Source: the human T2T-CHM13v2.0 reference genome, Homo sapiens | Reading direction: 5' to 3' (one strand) | Length of the DNA: 64,000 bases | NCBI RefSeq assembly: GCF_009914755.1 | Contig: NC_060947.1 | Shown: positions 1 through 22,072 of the stretch, piece after piece | Numbering within the stretch: the first letter of the stretch is position 1 | How the letters are laid out: the number at the start of each line of letters is the position of its first letter | Made by a program: the position numbers and the translations under genes | The notes under the pieces: model-generated | Database searches by the model: none | Told to the model about the DNA's origin: nothing | What the model saw: the letters and a program-made list of their open reading frames with translations, nothing else

Positions 1-675
<675 letters not shown>

Positions 676-828
676 ATGAGGAATTTAAAAATGAATAATG
701 AATGTAATGAATTGAAATACATCAAATATACTAAAATCCATAGGCTCATAATGATTTTTTAAAAAGCTCTTTGGTCATGTTTAGACAATGCTAGGGAACC
801 AACTGATTTTTATGAAAACTGATGAATG

Positions 829-1153
<325 letters not shown>

Positions 1154-1727
1154 TCAAGCACTTTTTTCTGCCATCCTTATATGAACTGTACTTGGGGGTA
1201 TTCAAATAGTTAATCAGAGGAAATTCTTTATTATGGAAAAATTCTAGTTAATGAAGGCAGAAGAAATCACAGAATTAAAATCTCACAAATTTACAAGACC
1301 TAATGACATAATGGATCTAGGCAATGCTTTCCATTATATGAAAGGTTTATGGGTTGAAAGGAACATTGAAAGGGGGGCTAACAACACTGGAACCCAATGA
1401 CTAATGTTAACATCACTAAAAATGGGACAGCCAGACATCATGGGCCTCCTGATGTGACACAATGGAAAGTACACAGTACCACTTACAAAGTATTCTTGCT
1501 AAATAAATCAAACCTGACTTGGATCAAGGCTCTAAATCTAACTACCAGCTTATAGAAAATACAAGGTTTAAAGGAATACATTAGGTGACACTAGAGAGAT
1601 TGATGAAATCAGCAAAATACTGACTATGGGAAAATTTTCCAGGGCAAATGCCCCAACTTTTTCAGCAAACAAATGGCAAAAATACAAGAGGGAAGGGGTA
1701 ACCTATCAAATAGATGTAGGAGACATA

Positions 1728-1857
1728 CACATTTATGCCTAGTGTTCCATTATTGGAACACTAAGCATGTGGGAGTTATTTATATCCTATTGCTCAAGGT
1801 CATTGCCAAAGTCTGATTTTTAAATTCAAAAAAATTGCAACCTCAGGCATAAATGGG
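1728..1857 (+). mobile_element. MER85 non-autonomous piggyBac (PGBD3-derived) element
   Basis: TIRs (c)acatttatgcc...ggcataaatggg followed by TTAA (1858-1861); internal GTTCCATTATTGGAAC palindrome; about 130 bp. Confidence 0.9.
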
Positions 1858-1887
1858 TTAACCATATGCAGTGAGGGACCTTGTCTA

Positions 1888-2219
<332 letters not shown>

Positions 2220-3522
2220 AATCATATATATTATATATGATTATATATTATATATCATATATTATATATTATATATCATATACTATATCATATATTACAA
2301 AACATATACATTATATTATATATTATATAATATATACCACATATTATATATTATATAATATATACCACATATTGTATATTATATAATATATACCACATAT
2401 TGTATATTATATAATATATACCACATATTATATATTATAAACATCATATATCATATAATATATATTTTATATAATATGATATATCATATCATATATCATA
2501 TTTTATACAATATATGATATATCATATATCATATTTTATACAATATATGATATATCATATATCATATTTTATACAATATATGATATATCATATCATATAT
2601 CATATTTTATACGATATATGATATATCATGTATTATATAATATTTTATACAATATATGATATATAATATATAATATTTTATACAATATATGATATATAAT
2701 ATATATTTTATACAATATATGATCTATCATATAATATATCATATTGTATACAATATATGATCTATCATATATCATATTGTATACAATATATGATCTATCA
2801 TATTTTATACAATATGATATATCATATGTCACATGTCATATATGATACGATATGTCACATGTCATATGATACGATATGTCATATGTCATATATGATACGA
2901 TATGTCATATGTCATATATGATACGATATGTCATATTCATGTCATATATGATATCATATGACATATGTCATATGTCATATGTCATATATCATATATGATG
3001 TCATATGTCATATATCATATATCATATATCTGATATGATATATGATATGTGATATATCATATATCTGATATAATATCATATATGATATATGATATATATG
3101 ATATAAGATATATGATATATATCATATACGATATATGATATATGATATATATCATGTATGATATACGATATACGATATATGATATGATATACGATATACG
3201 ATATATGAGATATGATATATGATATATATCATATATGAGATACGATATGATATGATATATATCATATATCATATGAGATATGATATATGATATGATATAT
3301 ATGATATATGATATGATATGATATATATCATATATGATATATGACATATGATATGATATGTGATATATGATATGATATATATCATATATCACATATCATA
3401 TATGAGATATAATGTATGATATATGATATGATATGATATATATCACATATCATATATCATATATGATATGATATATGATATATGATATATTATGTAATAT
3501 ATCATATATTATATATATATTT
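2220..3522. repeat. AT-rich compound minisatellite (ATATC/GATAT-based)
   Basis: About 1.3 kb almost entirely of atatc, gatat and atatgtc units with 26-36 bp sub-repeats. Confidence 0.97.
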
Positions 3523-3994
3523 TTGGACACTGGATATGACTGATATTAAAAAATTGTCAATATTCTTTAGTTGTGATCGTGGTAATGTTTAATAAGAGTT
3601 TTTATCTTTTAGAGATACAAAAATATTTGCAGATGAAAAGATATAATGTCTGGGATTTGCTTTAAGATAATTTCTAGGTAGGGATGGCAAAAAAAATTTC
3701 TTAAGATAATCTCATAGTAGGGTGGGCGAAGTAGTTGGGAATATAGATGAAACAAGATTGGCCATGTGTTCGTAATTGTTGAAACCAGGTGATAGATGGC
3801 TCACATACTGTACTACTAGTATATATGTTTGGAAATGTTCCAGAGTAAAAGTTTTTTAAAAGGTTCCTTGGAATATTGAATTGAGCCCTAAGTATGCTTT
3901 TCCATATAAATCAATATGTTTTTGCCTGGTAGAGTGTATGGGAACTCTTTGTTGCCTAACCTTACTAAAGCAGATTATTTGGAGGGCAGGAGGA

Positions 3995-4218
3995 CATACT
4001 GGAAAGGCTAAGCTTTGAAATCAGGCTTGGATTTGAGATCTAGCACCACTCTTCACTCATCTTGTCAGATACTTAGACTTTCTGAAGCTCAGTTTCCTCA
4101 GTGGTAAAACAGGCATAGTAATAATAGTTGCTATGTCCTAGGATTGTTTGAGGAATTAAATAAGATACAGAATACAAAGCTGGTGGCACTGTGCCTGGCA
4201 GTGCTCTATAAACATTAG
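3995..4218 (+). mobile_element. MIR SINE
   Basis: MIR core: ctcagtttcctcag..gtaaaacagg..taataatag..ggattgtt..gaggaattaaataaga..gtgcctggca. Confidence 0.8.
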
Positions 4219-4236
4219 GGGCCAATAATACATCAT

Positions 4237-4682
4237 TGTTTCAGTTACCTATTGTGGGTTGACTTGGCTCAGCTGGGAGGTTCTTCTACTCTATCTGCTG
4301 TCAGCTAGGGCTACAGTCATTTGATGATTAAGTTGGGCTGGAATGACCAAAATGGCTCACACATGTGATAAGCAATTGATGCTTTTGGCTGGGAGCTCAG
4401 CTACGGCTGTTGTCCTTAGCACCTACTCATGGCCTCTCTGCAACACTTGGGCTTCTCATTACATGGCAGCAGGGTTCCAAGAGGGAGTGCCCCAAGAGCA
4501 AATACGCCAAAAGTGAGGAAGGAAGCTGCCAGTCCTCAGCGCCTGGACCAGCACAGTGTCATTTCTGCCACATTCTATTGGTTAAAGAGTCACGAGACCT
4601 GCCCAGATACAATGGGGGAAGAAATAAACTCCACCTCCTGACGGGGAGAGGAAGAATCTGTAGCCATCTTTAATCCACTACA
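4237..4682 (-). mobile_element. MLT1-type MaLR LTR
   Basis: Starts tgtttcagttacctattg and ends gccatctttaatccactaca; internal ggctcagctggg and cacagtgtcatttctgccacattctattgg motifs. Confidence 0.7.
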
Positions 4683-6759
4683 TTAAGTATTCCTGTTTCC
4701 CTAGTACTTGATCCATAGATAAATATATCGATTTCAAAGAAACACACCAAAAACTACTCAATATATGTTTCTGGAAGGTGCTTGCTAAACACCATTCTTC
4801 TTGCTGACATTCTTCCTCCTGCTCAGCTGACTAAGCCAGGGCTGGGGGGCGGGGGGATTGGGAGTAGTCACTAGCTTCCCCACCCCTGAGGCTGGATGGG
4901 AGAAAAAACCAGGGCAGGACTAAGTCTTCACTGCAGAAACACCTTGGCATGAGTCAGTGGTTCTCAAAAATAATTTATGAGATCAAATCAGGTCATCTAT
5001 TTTTAATTATTGTGGTTATTAATTTGAAAACGTGTAATTCAATACTGTTCTCACATGCAATAATTCTTGAGACTTGAGGAACTGTTAGTGTTCTCTTCCA
5101 AGGTATTATTTCCTTAATTCTCTACTTTTAAGACACAGGGGCTTTCCAAATATTTCCTTCTCTAACCCTTTAACCAACAATTGCTGACTCTCACATTTTC
5201 TCTGACATTATCTAAAACCACAGTCCAAGAGGAGGTTTTTTTTTTGTCTTTGTCTTTTTTTGTTTGTTTGTTTGTTTTTAATGTACATTATACAAACACA
5301 AAGTCCTCTATTTTGGGTCAGAAATATTTCCTAGAGCTAAAAAATGCAGTTAGCGGCAAGCTTGGGCAATGTCTAATTACAGCATTTACAGTAAACAAAT
5401 GATTGATAAAGACACCCAGACACCTCTATAAACAAGGAAGTACAGAACCAGCCATGCTGAACACTGTGTTTATTTTCCACTGAAAGAGGATGCAAACTGC
5501 TAATCACAGGCATGCCACAGTTTAATTTCCACACAAGACCTTTCCTTGATTTTCTATTTAAAAAAAAAAAAAACATGATGGCAATCAGGTTTTGTTCACT
5601 GAATTTATTTCTGTAGAATCTCAAATGCTGTTAATTTTAATACAGGTTACATTTTTAAAAGCCTTTTTAAAAAAGCCTTAGGTGCGTCTAACCTTGGATT
5701 CATTTTGCTGTTGAGAAGATCTCAGCTAACAGGTGTGATATAAATGCACAGAGAAGGAAATAAACACCGGGTCTTAGACCATGACCTGAAAGTTATGTCA
5801 GAAGAGCTAGGCATTCTATTCACTTGGCCACAAAGCAAATACCTTGGCGGACAAAGAGAGGGAGGAAAGGGGCGGATGGAATGGCCACATATTTCTGGCT
5901 CTTTCTGAACTTCTGAGCGCATAGGGCATACAGCCTTTAGAGGCCCAGGATCATTGTGGTGATGAAAGAATGGTTGAAAACATTTCCTTAGAAATGAATT
6001 GTCCTTGTCTAAGTTAAGACCCTTACTCATGTACTTGAGAAGATTTCAGACTTCTTTGAGACTCTTTCTGACTTACTTGAGCCCTTTCTGACTTGTTTCA
6101 GACCCTGTCTGGTGAATTAGATACACTTCCTGATGTGGAAGGGACTCTTCCTAACTTATTTAAGACCCTTCCTGACATGTTTGAGCCCATTCCTAACTTG
6201 TTTCAGACCCATCTTTCATGTAAGAGACTCTTCCTGACATGTTTGAGCCCATTCCTAACTTGTTTCAGACCCATCTTTCATGTAAGAGACTCTTCCTGAC
6301 ATATTTGAGACAGTTTCTAACTTGATTGAGATACTTCCTGATATATTTGAGACATATCCTGACTTGTTTGAGACTTCCTAATTATTTAAGACTCTTCCTG
6401 ACCTATTTGTGCCTCTTCCTGACTTGTTTGGAACCCTTCCGGACATATTTGAGATCCTTCCTGATTATTTGAGACTAGTCCAGAGGACTTTGACACACTT
6501 CCTGAGACAGTTCCCAATGATTTGTTTGCAATGATGCCTGACATTTGAGACAGTTCCCAGTATTTTTGAGATTTGTTCTGTCTGAGATCCTTCCAGACGT
6601 ATTTCCAACTCTGTCGGACAACTTGGAGACACATCCTGACTTGTTTGAGACTCTTCCAGACTTGTTTGAGACCTTTCTTGGCATGTTTAAGACCATTCCT
6701 GGTGTCTTGAGACTATTTCCATGTGTTTGAGACGCTTACATATTTAAAATTCTTCTGAA

Positions 6760-7046
6760 CCAGATGCAGTGGCTGACACCCCAGCACTTTGGAAGGCCAA
6801 GGCGAGAGGATTGCTTGACGCCAGGAGTTTGAGACCAGCCTGGCAACATAGTGAGAACCACAAAAAATAAAATAAAATGTTAGCCAGGCATGGTGGCACG
6901 TGTCTGTAAGTCCAAGCCACTGGGGAGGCTGAGATGAGAGGATCAGTTGAGCCCAGGAGGTCAAGACTGCAGTGAGCCATGATCATGCCACTGCACTCCA
7001 ACCTGGGCAACAGAGCAAGACGCTGTCTCAAAAAAATAGAAAATAA
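6760..7046 (+). mobile_element. Alu (AluJ-like) inserted in the array
   Basis: AluJ diagnostics (gagcccaggaggtcaagactgcagtgagccatgatc); flanked by aaa(t/c)tcttctg. Confidence 0.9.
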
Positions 7047-7628
7047 AACTCTTCTGGATTACGTTAGCCACTTCCTAATTTGTTTGTGATGATTCCTGAC
7101 ATGTTTGAGACCATACCTGACATATTTCAGATCCTTCCTGACATGTTTAAGACCCTTCATGACTTGTTCTACAGTCTTGCTAACTGCGTGAGAAACTTCT
7201 TGACATGTTTGAGATCTTTCCTAGGTTGTTTGAGACCCTGCTTGATCTATTTGCGAAATGTCCCGATATATTTAAGACTCTTCCAGTCAGGTTTCAAACC
7301 CCTCGTGACTTGCAGAAGACGATCCTGACATGTTAGAGAATTTTGTTGACTACTTGAGACTCTTCCTCTCTGTGACCCTTCCAAAAGTATTTGAGACCCT
7401 TCTTGACTCGGTGAGACTCTTCCTGACAGAGACCCTTCCTGAGATAACAAAAACTGACAACTGTGATATCCTTCCTGCCATGTTTGAGACAATGTCTGCC
7501 TAGTTTGAGACACTTCCTAACATATCTGACCCCTTCCTGCCTTGGTTGAGACCATTTGTGATTATTTGATTCACTTCATGACATGTTTGAGACACTTCTT
7601 AGAGTGTTAGAAATATTGACTGATGTAG

Positions 7629-8003
<375 letters not shown>

Positions 8004-8124
8004 CTCCTCCTGTATTATTGAGACCCTTCCTGATATATTTGAAAATTGTACTGATGACTTTGACACTTTTTCTGACTAGTTTGAGACCATACCTGAAGTA
8101 TCTGAGACTCTTTCAGAGCCTTAC

Positions 8125-8503
8125 TGTATTAGTCCATTCTCATGCTGCTAATAAAGAAGACATACCCGAGACTGGGTAATTTATAAAGGAAAGAGGTTTA
8201 ATTGACTCACAGTTCCGCATAGCTGGGGAAGCCTCAGGAAACTTACAGTCTTGGCAGAAGGGGAAGCAAACACGTCCTTCTTCACATGGTGGCAGCAAGG
8301 ACAAGTGCTGAGCAAAGTAGGGGGAAAGCCCATTATAAAACCGTCAGAGCTCATGAGAACTCACTCACTATCATGAGAAGACCATGGAAGTAACCACCCC
8401 TATGATTCAATTATCTCCCACTGGTTCCCTCCCACGATACATGGGGATTATGAAAACTACAATTCAAGATGAGATCTGGGTGGGACACAGCCAAACCATA
8501 TCA
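8125..8503 (-). mobile_element. THE1 (C/D-like) MaLR solo LTR
   Basis: tgtattagtccattctcatgctgcta...gccaaaccatatca; 5-bp TSD CTTAC at 8120-8124 and 8504-8508. Confidence 0.92.
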
Positions 8504-8530
8504 CTTACTGACATATCTAAAAGGCCTTCT

Positions 8531-9084
<554 letters not shown>

Positions 9085-9362
9085 CCTTCTTCATTCTTTT
9101 GAGATGCTCCCTGATGTATTTGAGACCTTTGCTGAGTGTTTAAGACTCTTCCTGTTGACTTTGAGATACATCCTGACAAATGTAAGACCCTTCCCTACTC
9201 ACTCAAGACTCTTCCTGATATATTTGAAAACTTTTCTGACTTGCTTGAAACTCTTCCTGAGCTATCTGAGAGCCTTCTGACATGTCTGAGACCATTCTTG
9301 AGGGATCTGAGAGTCTTCCTGACCCTAAGACCCTTACTGAAGTCTTTAAAATTCTTCCTAGC

Positions 9363-9736
9363 TACATTCATACACTGCAGAAAGCAACCAATTTGAGGCT
9401 GAAGTGAAGTTAGAGAGGTTACACTCCTATGCAAATATCTGATTGGTTGCAGAAAGCAACCAATCAGAGGCTAAAGTGAAATTACAAAGTTGCACTCCTA
9501 TGCAAACAAAGACTTGGCCCACAATCAGTCTGATTGGTTGCGGAAAGCAACCAATTAGAGGTACTTTCAATTTTCCATCTGCCATGCAGAAAAGTGGGGC
9601 TTTGCAAAGGGAGTAGCCTCTGGTCTTTTTGTTACTTAGGTGTGGAAAGTTGGGGTTTTCCTTTCAATTTAGCTCTAGGAAGTCACCATAAATCGGCCTT
9701 AGGTTCCCTGCCTCCAGACCCTATTCTCCTGCCTCA
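9363..9736 (-). mobile_element. MER51-type ERV1 LTR (partial)
   Basis: Ends with the reverse complement of tgaggcaggagaatagggtctggaggcagggaacctaagg; repeated CCAAT/ATTGG modules. Confidence 0.85.
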
Positions 9737-10010
9737 TGAGACCTTTTCTGGCTTTTCTGAGCCCCTTCCCGACTTTCTTGAGACCCTTCCTGACATGTTT
9801 GAGACTCTCAGATGTATTCGAGACCTCTCCATCTTTTTGAGACACCATACAGAATTATTTACACCTCAGACTTACTACTTTGAGAAACTCCCTGACTTGT
9901 TTGAGATGTTTCCTGATGTGTTTGAGAACTTTCCTCTATGTTCTAGACAGTTCCTGAGAAGTTTAAGACACTTTCTCTCATGTCACTCACTGTCAAATAC
10001 TCATTTTGAC

Positions 10011-10302
<292 letters not shown>

Positions 10303-10497
10303 CACATATCTTTTTGATATAACAATTTATTTTGCTTTGGGTAGATACCCAAAGAACTTCTGGATCATAGGTAATTCTATTTTTAGTTCTTGAGAAATCG
10401 CTATATGTTTTCCGTGGAGGTTGTACTAATTTACATTTCCACCAACAGGGTAGCTGTTCCCTTTTCTCTGCATTCTTGCCAGTGTCTATTTTTCGTC
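10303..10497 (-). mobile_element. L1MA fragment (end of ORF2), continued at 23949
   Basis: Reverse complement reads ...gagaaaagggaa...aatgtaaattagtacaacc...gggtatctacccaaag...atatcaaaaagatatgtg. Confidence 0.85.
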
Positions 10498-14040
<3,543 letters not shown>

Positions 14041-14896
14041 ACTTCCAAAAAGAGTTTTAATGATCTCAGGAAGGGTCTCAGACAAGAAAGGCCTCCGATC
14101 TGTCAGGAACAGTCTCAAACCACTCAGGAAGTGTCTCAAACATGTCAGGACAGGCTTAATATTTGTCAGGCAGAATTTTAAATGGGCCAAGAAGGGTCTT
14201 AAACACAGAGGAGGACTCTAGAATACTTCAGGAATGTGACAGACAAGTCAGGAACAGTCTCAAAGACATTCAGAGGAGTCAGAAATACATCACAAAGAGT
14301 TTCAACTCTTGAAGAAGTGTCTCAGCAACTCAGGAAAGGTCTTAAACATGTCAGGAATGGTCTCAGAGTCAGCAAGGGCTTCAAATATGTTGGGTCTCAA
14401 ATATGTCAGAAATGTCTCAAGAAGACAGAAAGAAACTCATATATCAGGAAGCATCTCAAACCAGTCAAGAAGGATATCAGGATACTTAGAATTTTAAATT
14501 TGTCAGTAAGGTTCTCAAACAGATGAAAAGAGTCTCAAGTATGTCAGGAAGATTTTAAATATGTCAGAAAAGGTCTCCAACAAGTAAAAAAGAGCTTCAA
14601 GCAAGTCACAAAGGGTCCCAAATATGTCAGGAAAAGTCTCAATCAGACAGGAAGAGACTCATTCAAAAAAAATAGAATACAAGCCATAAATGTCTCAAAC
14701 ATTTCAGAAAGAGCCTCATTTTTGTCACATGGTATTTTAATACATCTGATGGGGTCGCATATAGACAGAAAGAGGTTCGTGTCAGTAAGGGCCTCAGAAA
14801 AGTCAGGAAAGATTTCAAACATGTCAAGAAGGGTCTCAGTATGTTAAAAAGAGTCTCAAATATGTCAGAAAGGGTCTCAAACATAAGAAAAGGTTC

Positions 14897-15198
14897 AGCC
14901 GGGCGTGGTGGCTCACGCCTGTAATCCTAGCACTTTGGGAGGCCGAGGTGGGCGGATCACCTGAGGTTGGGAGTTCGAGACCACCCTGACCAACATGGAG
15001 AAACCCCATCTCTATTAAAAATACAAAATTAGCCGGGTGTGGTGGCATATGTCTGTAATCCCAGCTGCTCCGGAGGCTGAGGCAGGAGAATTGCTTGAAC
15101 CCAGGAGGCGGAGGTTGCGGTGAGCCGGAGATCATGCCATTGCACTCCAGCCTGGGCAACAAGAGCGAAACTCCGTCTCAAAAAAAAAAAAAAAAAAA
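14897..15198 (+). mobile_element. Alu (AluSp-like)
   Basis: ctgaccaacatggagaaacc diagnostic; TSD gaaaagg(t/c)tca. Confidence 0.93.
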
Positions 15199-15317
15199 GA
15201 AAAGGCTCAAATATATCAGTAAGGGTTTCAAATGGGTTTCAAATAACTCAGAAAGGGCCTCAAACATTTCAGAAACAACTTGAAATATATAAAAAGGGTC
15301 TCAAATACATTGGGTAG

Positions 15318-15704
<387 letters not shown>

Positions 15705-16444
15705 TGAATCAATAAAGCTTTCAAACAGAGGCAGAGTCTCCAATATGTCTGGATAGATTTCAAACACATGGGAAAGCATGTCAAGCAAGCCATAATGCTC
15801 TAAAATGTGTCCAGAAGAGCCCCCAAATAATCAGAAAAGGTCTCAGCCATGTTAGGAAGGGTCTTGGCAAACCAGGAAGTGTCTTGAATAAGTCAAGAAG
15901 AGTCTCAAATATATCACAAAGGGTCTCCAATTGGATGCAAATGCCTCCAATAATCAGGAAAGTTCTCAGGTCTGTTAGGAAAGGTCTCAACAGCATAAAG
16001 CGTCTCACATGTTAGGAAACATCTCAAACAATTCAGGAAGAGTCTCAAATACATCAGAAATGGTCTCAAGTGGATAGGAAGAATTTCAATGTGTCAGGAA
16101 GAGGCTTAATCCATCAGGAAGAGTCTCAAACAAGTCATTAAGTGTCTCAACCACGGCAGGGAGGGTCTCAAACAAGTTACTAAGAATCTCAAACAGAAAG
16201 GAAGAGTCTCAAATAGTCAGAAAATACCACAAACATATCATAACATTTTTCCGATGAGTCAGGAGGGTTACAAAGATGACAAGATGTTCTCAAAATGGTC
16301 TAGGCATATCTGGAGTAGTAGAGAATATTATTTAATACACAAGGAAGGTCTCGAACATGTTCCTAAAGGTCTTCAAAAGTCAGGACAGGTCTTAAATATG
16401 TTAGGAAGTATCTTAAAGTTGAAAGTTATCAGGAAGGTTTTTTT

Positions 16445-17115
16445 GTAATAAATTTTTTTTTAATTTCCATAGGTTTTTGGAGAACAGGTGGTATTTGGTT
16501 ACATGAGTAAGTTCTCTAGTGGTGATTTGTGAGATTTTGGTACACCCATCACCCAAGCAGTGTACACTGGACCCAGTTTGCAGTCTTTTATTCCTCACCC
16601 CCTCCCCACCCTTTCCTCTGAGTCCCCAAAGTTCATTGTATCATTCTTATGCCTTTGCATCCTCATAGCTTAGCTCCCACTTATGAGTGAGAACATACGA
16701 CGCTTGTTTTTCCATTCCTGAGTTACTTCACTTAGAATAATAGTCTCTAATCCCATCCAGGTTGCTGTGAATGCCATTAATTCATTCCTTTTTATAGCTG
16801 GGTAGCATTCCATCGTATATATATATATATATACCACAATTTGTTTATCCACTCATTGATTGATGGACGTTTGAGCTGGTTCCATATTTTTGCAATTGTG
16901 AATTGTGCTGCTATAAACATGCATGTGTAAGTATGCTTTTCATATAATGACTTCTTTTCCTCTGAGTAGATAACCCAGTAGTGGAATTGCAGGATCAAAT
17001 GGTAGTTCTACTTTTATTTCCTTAAGGAATCTCCACATTGTTTTTCATAGGGGTTGTACTAGTTTACATTCCCACCAGTAGTGTAGAAATGTTCCCTTTC
17101 ACCACATCCACACCA
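16445..17115 (-). mobile_element. L1PB-type 3' end
   Basis: ccataggtttttggagaacaggtggtatttggttacatgagtaagttc..; minus ORF KRNELMAFTATWMGLETIILSEVTQEWK. Confidence 0.85.
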
Positions 17116-17978
<863 letters not shown>

Positions 17979-19057
17979 TAAGGAAGAGTTTTCATCACCT
18001 CAGGAAAGGTCATAGATAAAACAAGAAGGATCTCGATCATACAGGAAGGATTCAAATACATCAGGAAGTGTCTCACACATGTCATAAATACTCTCAAAGA
18101 GAGAGGCAGTGTCTCAAATACATTATAAATAGTATCAGACAACTTGGTAATGGTCTCAATGTAGTCAGAAAGATTTCAAAATGTCAGTACCTGAGATGAA
18201 CATCTTAAATATGCCACAAAACGGTCTCAAAATTAAAGCAAGAGTATCAATCAATCAGTAAAGCTCAGCTCATAAACCTGTTAAGAAGGGTCTCAAAAAA
18301 TAACAGAAAGGGTCTCAAATAGTTAGGAAAGGTAGTAATGTCAGGAAGAGTCTCAAATATATTAGGAGTCATCTTACTCAAACAAGAAGAGTCTCAAATA
18401 GTTTGGATACATATCTAACATGGCAGTAGAAGACTCAAGCAAGGTAAGGGTCTGAAATTAGGAAGGAAAGATTTCACATTTGCCAGGCAGAGTTTAAAAT
18501 ATGTCTCTAATGGTTCTAAATAGATAGGCAAAATTAGGAAGAGTCTCAAGTACATTAGCAGGAGTCTCAAAGCTGTCAAGAAGAGTCTCGAACATGTCAG
18601 AAAGGGTCATAAATAGAGAGAAAATGTCTGAAGTCCTCACAAATGATCTCAAACAAATCAGAAACAGTTTCAAAGTAGTCAGGAAGAGTTTCAAATAGGT
18701 CAGTAAGAGTCTGGAACAAAGAGTAACAGTCTCAAATATCGGGGAAGGTCACAAATATATCAAGAAGTCTCAGGCTTGTCAGGAAGAATCTCAAACAATT
18801 AAGTACAGGTCTCAAACATGTCAGGGAAGATCTCAAACAATCAAGAAGAGTCTCATGCCAGTCAGAAAGGGTTTGGAACATCCTTCAGAGAGGGCCTCAA
18901 CATCATCAGGAAGAGTCTCATTATGTGAGAATGTGTTTCAAATATTACAGAGAATGTCACAAAGAGAGAAGGGTCTGCAATGCATTATGAATTCTCTCAA
19001 GCCAGATTGGAAGTTTTCTCAAAGTAGTAAGGAAGAGCTTTTAAATTTGTCAGCAAG

Positions 19058-19685
<628 letters not shown>

Positions 19686-19816
19686 TTGTCAGCAAGGGGT
19701 GCAAACATGCAGGAAAGTGTCTCAAGAAAGTCAGAAAAGATCTCTAATATATTAGGAAAAGTCTCAAAGAGTCATGAAGGCTCTCAAACCTATCAGAAAG
19801 AGTGTTAAATATGTCA

Positions 19817-20431
<615 letters not shown>

Positions 20432-21037
20432 TCAAAGGTTCATATTAAATATATTTAATATTTAACATATTAAAGAGGTCTCAAACACATCAAAAGCAGT
20501 CTCAGATATGACAGAAAACGACTCAAGCTTGTCAAGAAATATCCAGAACAGAGAGGAAAATTTTCATATACATGAGAAACATTACAAACAGGTCTGGAGG
20601 TTTCTCAAAGTAGTAAGGAAGAGTTACAAAAGAGTCGGGAAGAGTCTTAAACAGAAATGGAGTGTCCCTGATACAACCTAGAGTGTCAGCATGTCAGAAA
20701 TGATCTCCAACTGTCAGAAGGGATTGCAAAAAAAAAATCAGGAAGAATCGCAAATACATCAGGAAGAGTGGCAAACATATCAGGAGGTGTTGCAAAGAGA
20801 GAGGAAGGGTCTCACATGCATCAGCTATCTTCTCAAACAAGTCTCGAAGGCCTCAAAGTAGTCAGGAGGAGTATTAAGTATGCAAATAAAGGGTGCCAAA
20901 AGAGAGAAAAAGAACTAAATACCTCAGGAATGCTCTCAAACTTGTCAGGAGAGATTTCAAGTAAGTTGGGAAGGGTCTTAAGCAAGTCAGAGACGATTCC
21001 TAACAGGGTAGAAAGTCACAGAGAAGTCATGGATGCT

Positions 21038-21355
<318 letters not shown>

Positions 21356-21756
21356 CTAAGACATGTCAGGAAGGGATTTAAATACATCAGGAGGGTTCTC
21401 AAATATGGGAGGAAGGGTCTTGAACACGACAGCGAGTGTCTCAAACTTCTCAGGAACTGTCCAGAACAGAGAGGACTTATGGATTTGAGAAATACATCAG
21501 GAAGCAACTCAAACAAGCCAAGAATGTTCTCAAGGTAGTAAGGACGAGCCATAAATAAGTCAGTAAGGTTTACCAAACTGAAGAAAAAGTCTCAAATTCA
21601 CTGAATAAGTCTCAACCTTGCCAGGAAGTTTCTCAAATAACTTGGGAAGGGTCTCAAGCCAGTTAGAAAAGATCTCATGTATGTCAGCAAGAGTTTCAAA
21701 AATGTTATGAAGAGTCTCAAATATGTCAGGAAGAATTTCAAATAGAAAAGGAAGGA

Positions 21757-22072
21757 GGCCAGGCACCGTGGCTCATGCCTGTAATCCCAGCACTTTGGGA
21801 GGCCAAGTCAGGTGGATCACCTGAGGTCAAGAGTTTGAGACCAGCCTGACCGACATGGTGAAACCCCATCTCTACAAAAAACACAAAAATTAGCTGGGCG
21901 TGGTGGCGGGTGCCTGTAATCCCAGCTACTCAGGAGGCTGAGGCAGGAGAATCACTTGAACCCGGGAGACGGAGGTCGCAGTGAGCCCAGATCACACCAC
22001 TGCAGTCCAGCCTGGGCTACAGAGTGAGACTCTGTCTCAAAAAAAAAAAAAAAAAAAAGAAAGAAAGAAAAA
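21757..22072 (+). mobile_element. Alu (AluS-like)
   Basis: Full dimer with A/GAAA tail. Confidence 0.93.

Noticed and set aside
5235-5700. Minus-strand gene 3' end or processed pseudogene after the T-rich tract
   Set aside because: No clear poly(A) signal at the right distance, no TSD and no recognisable CDS.
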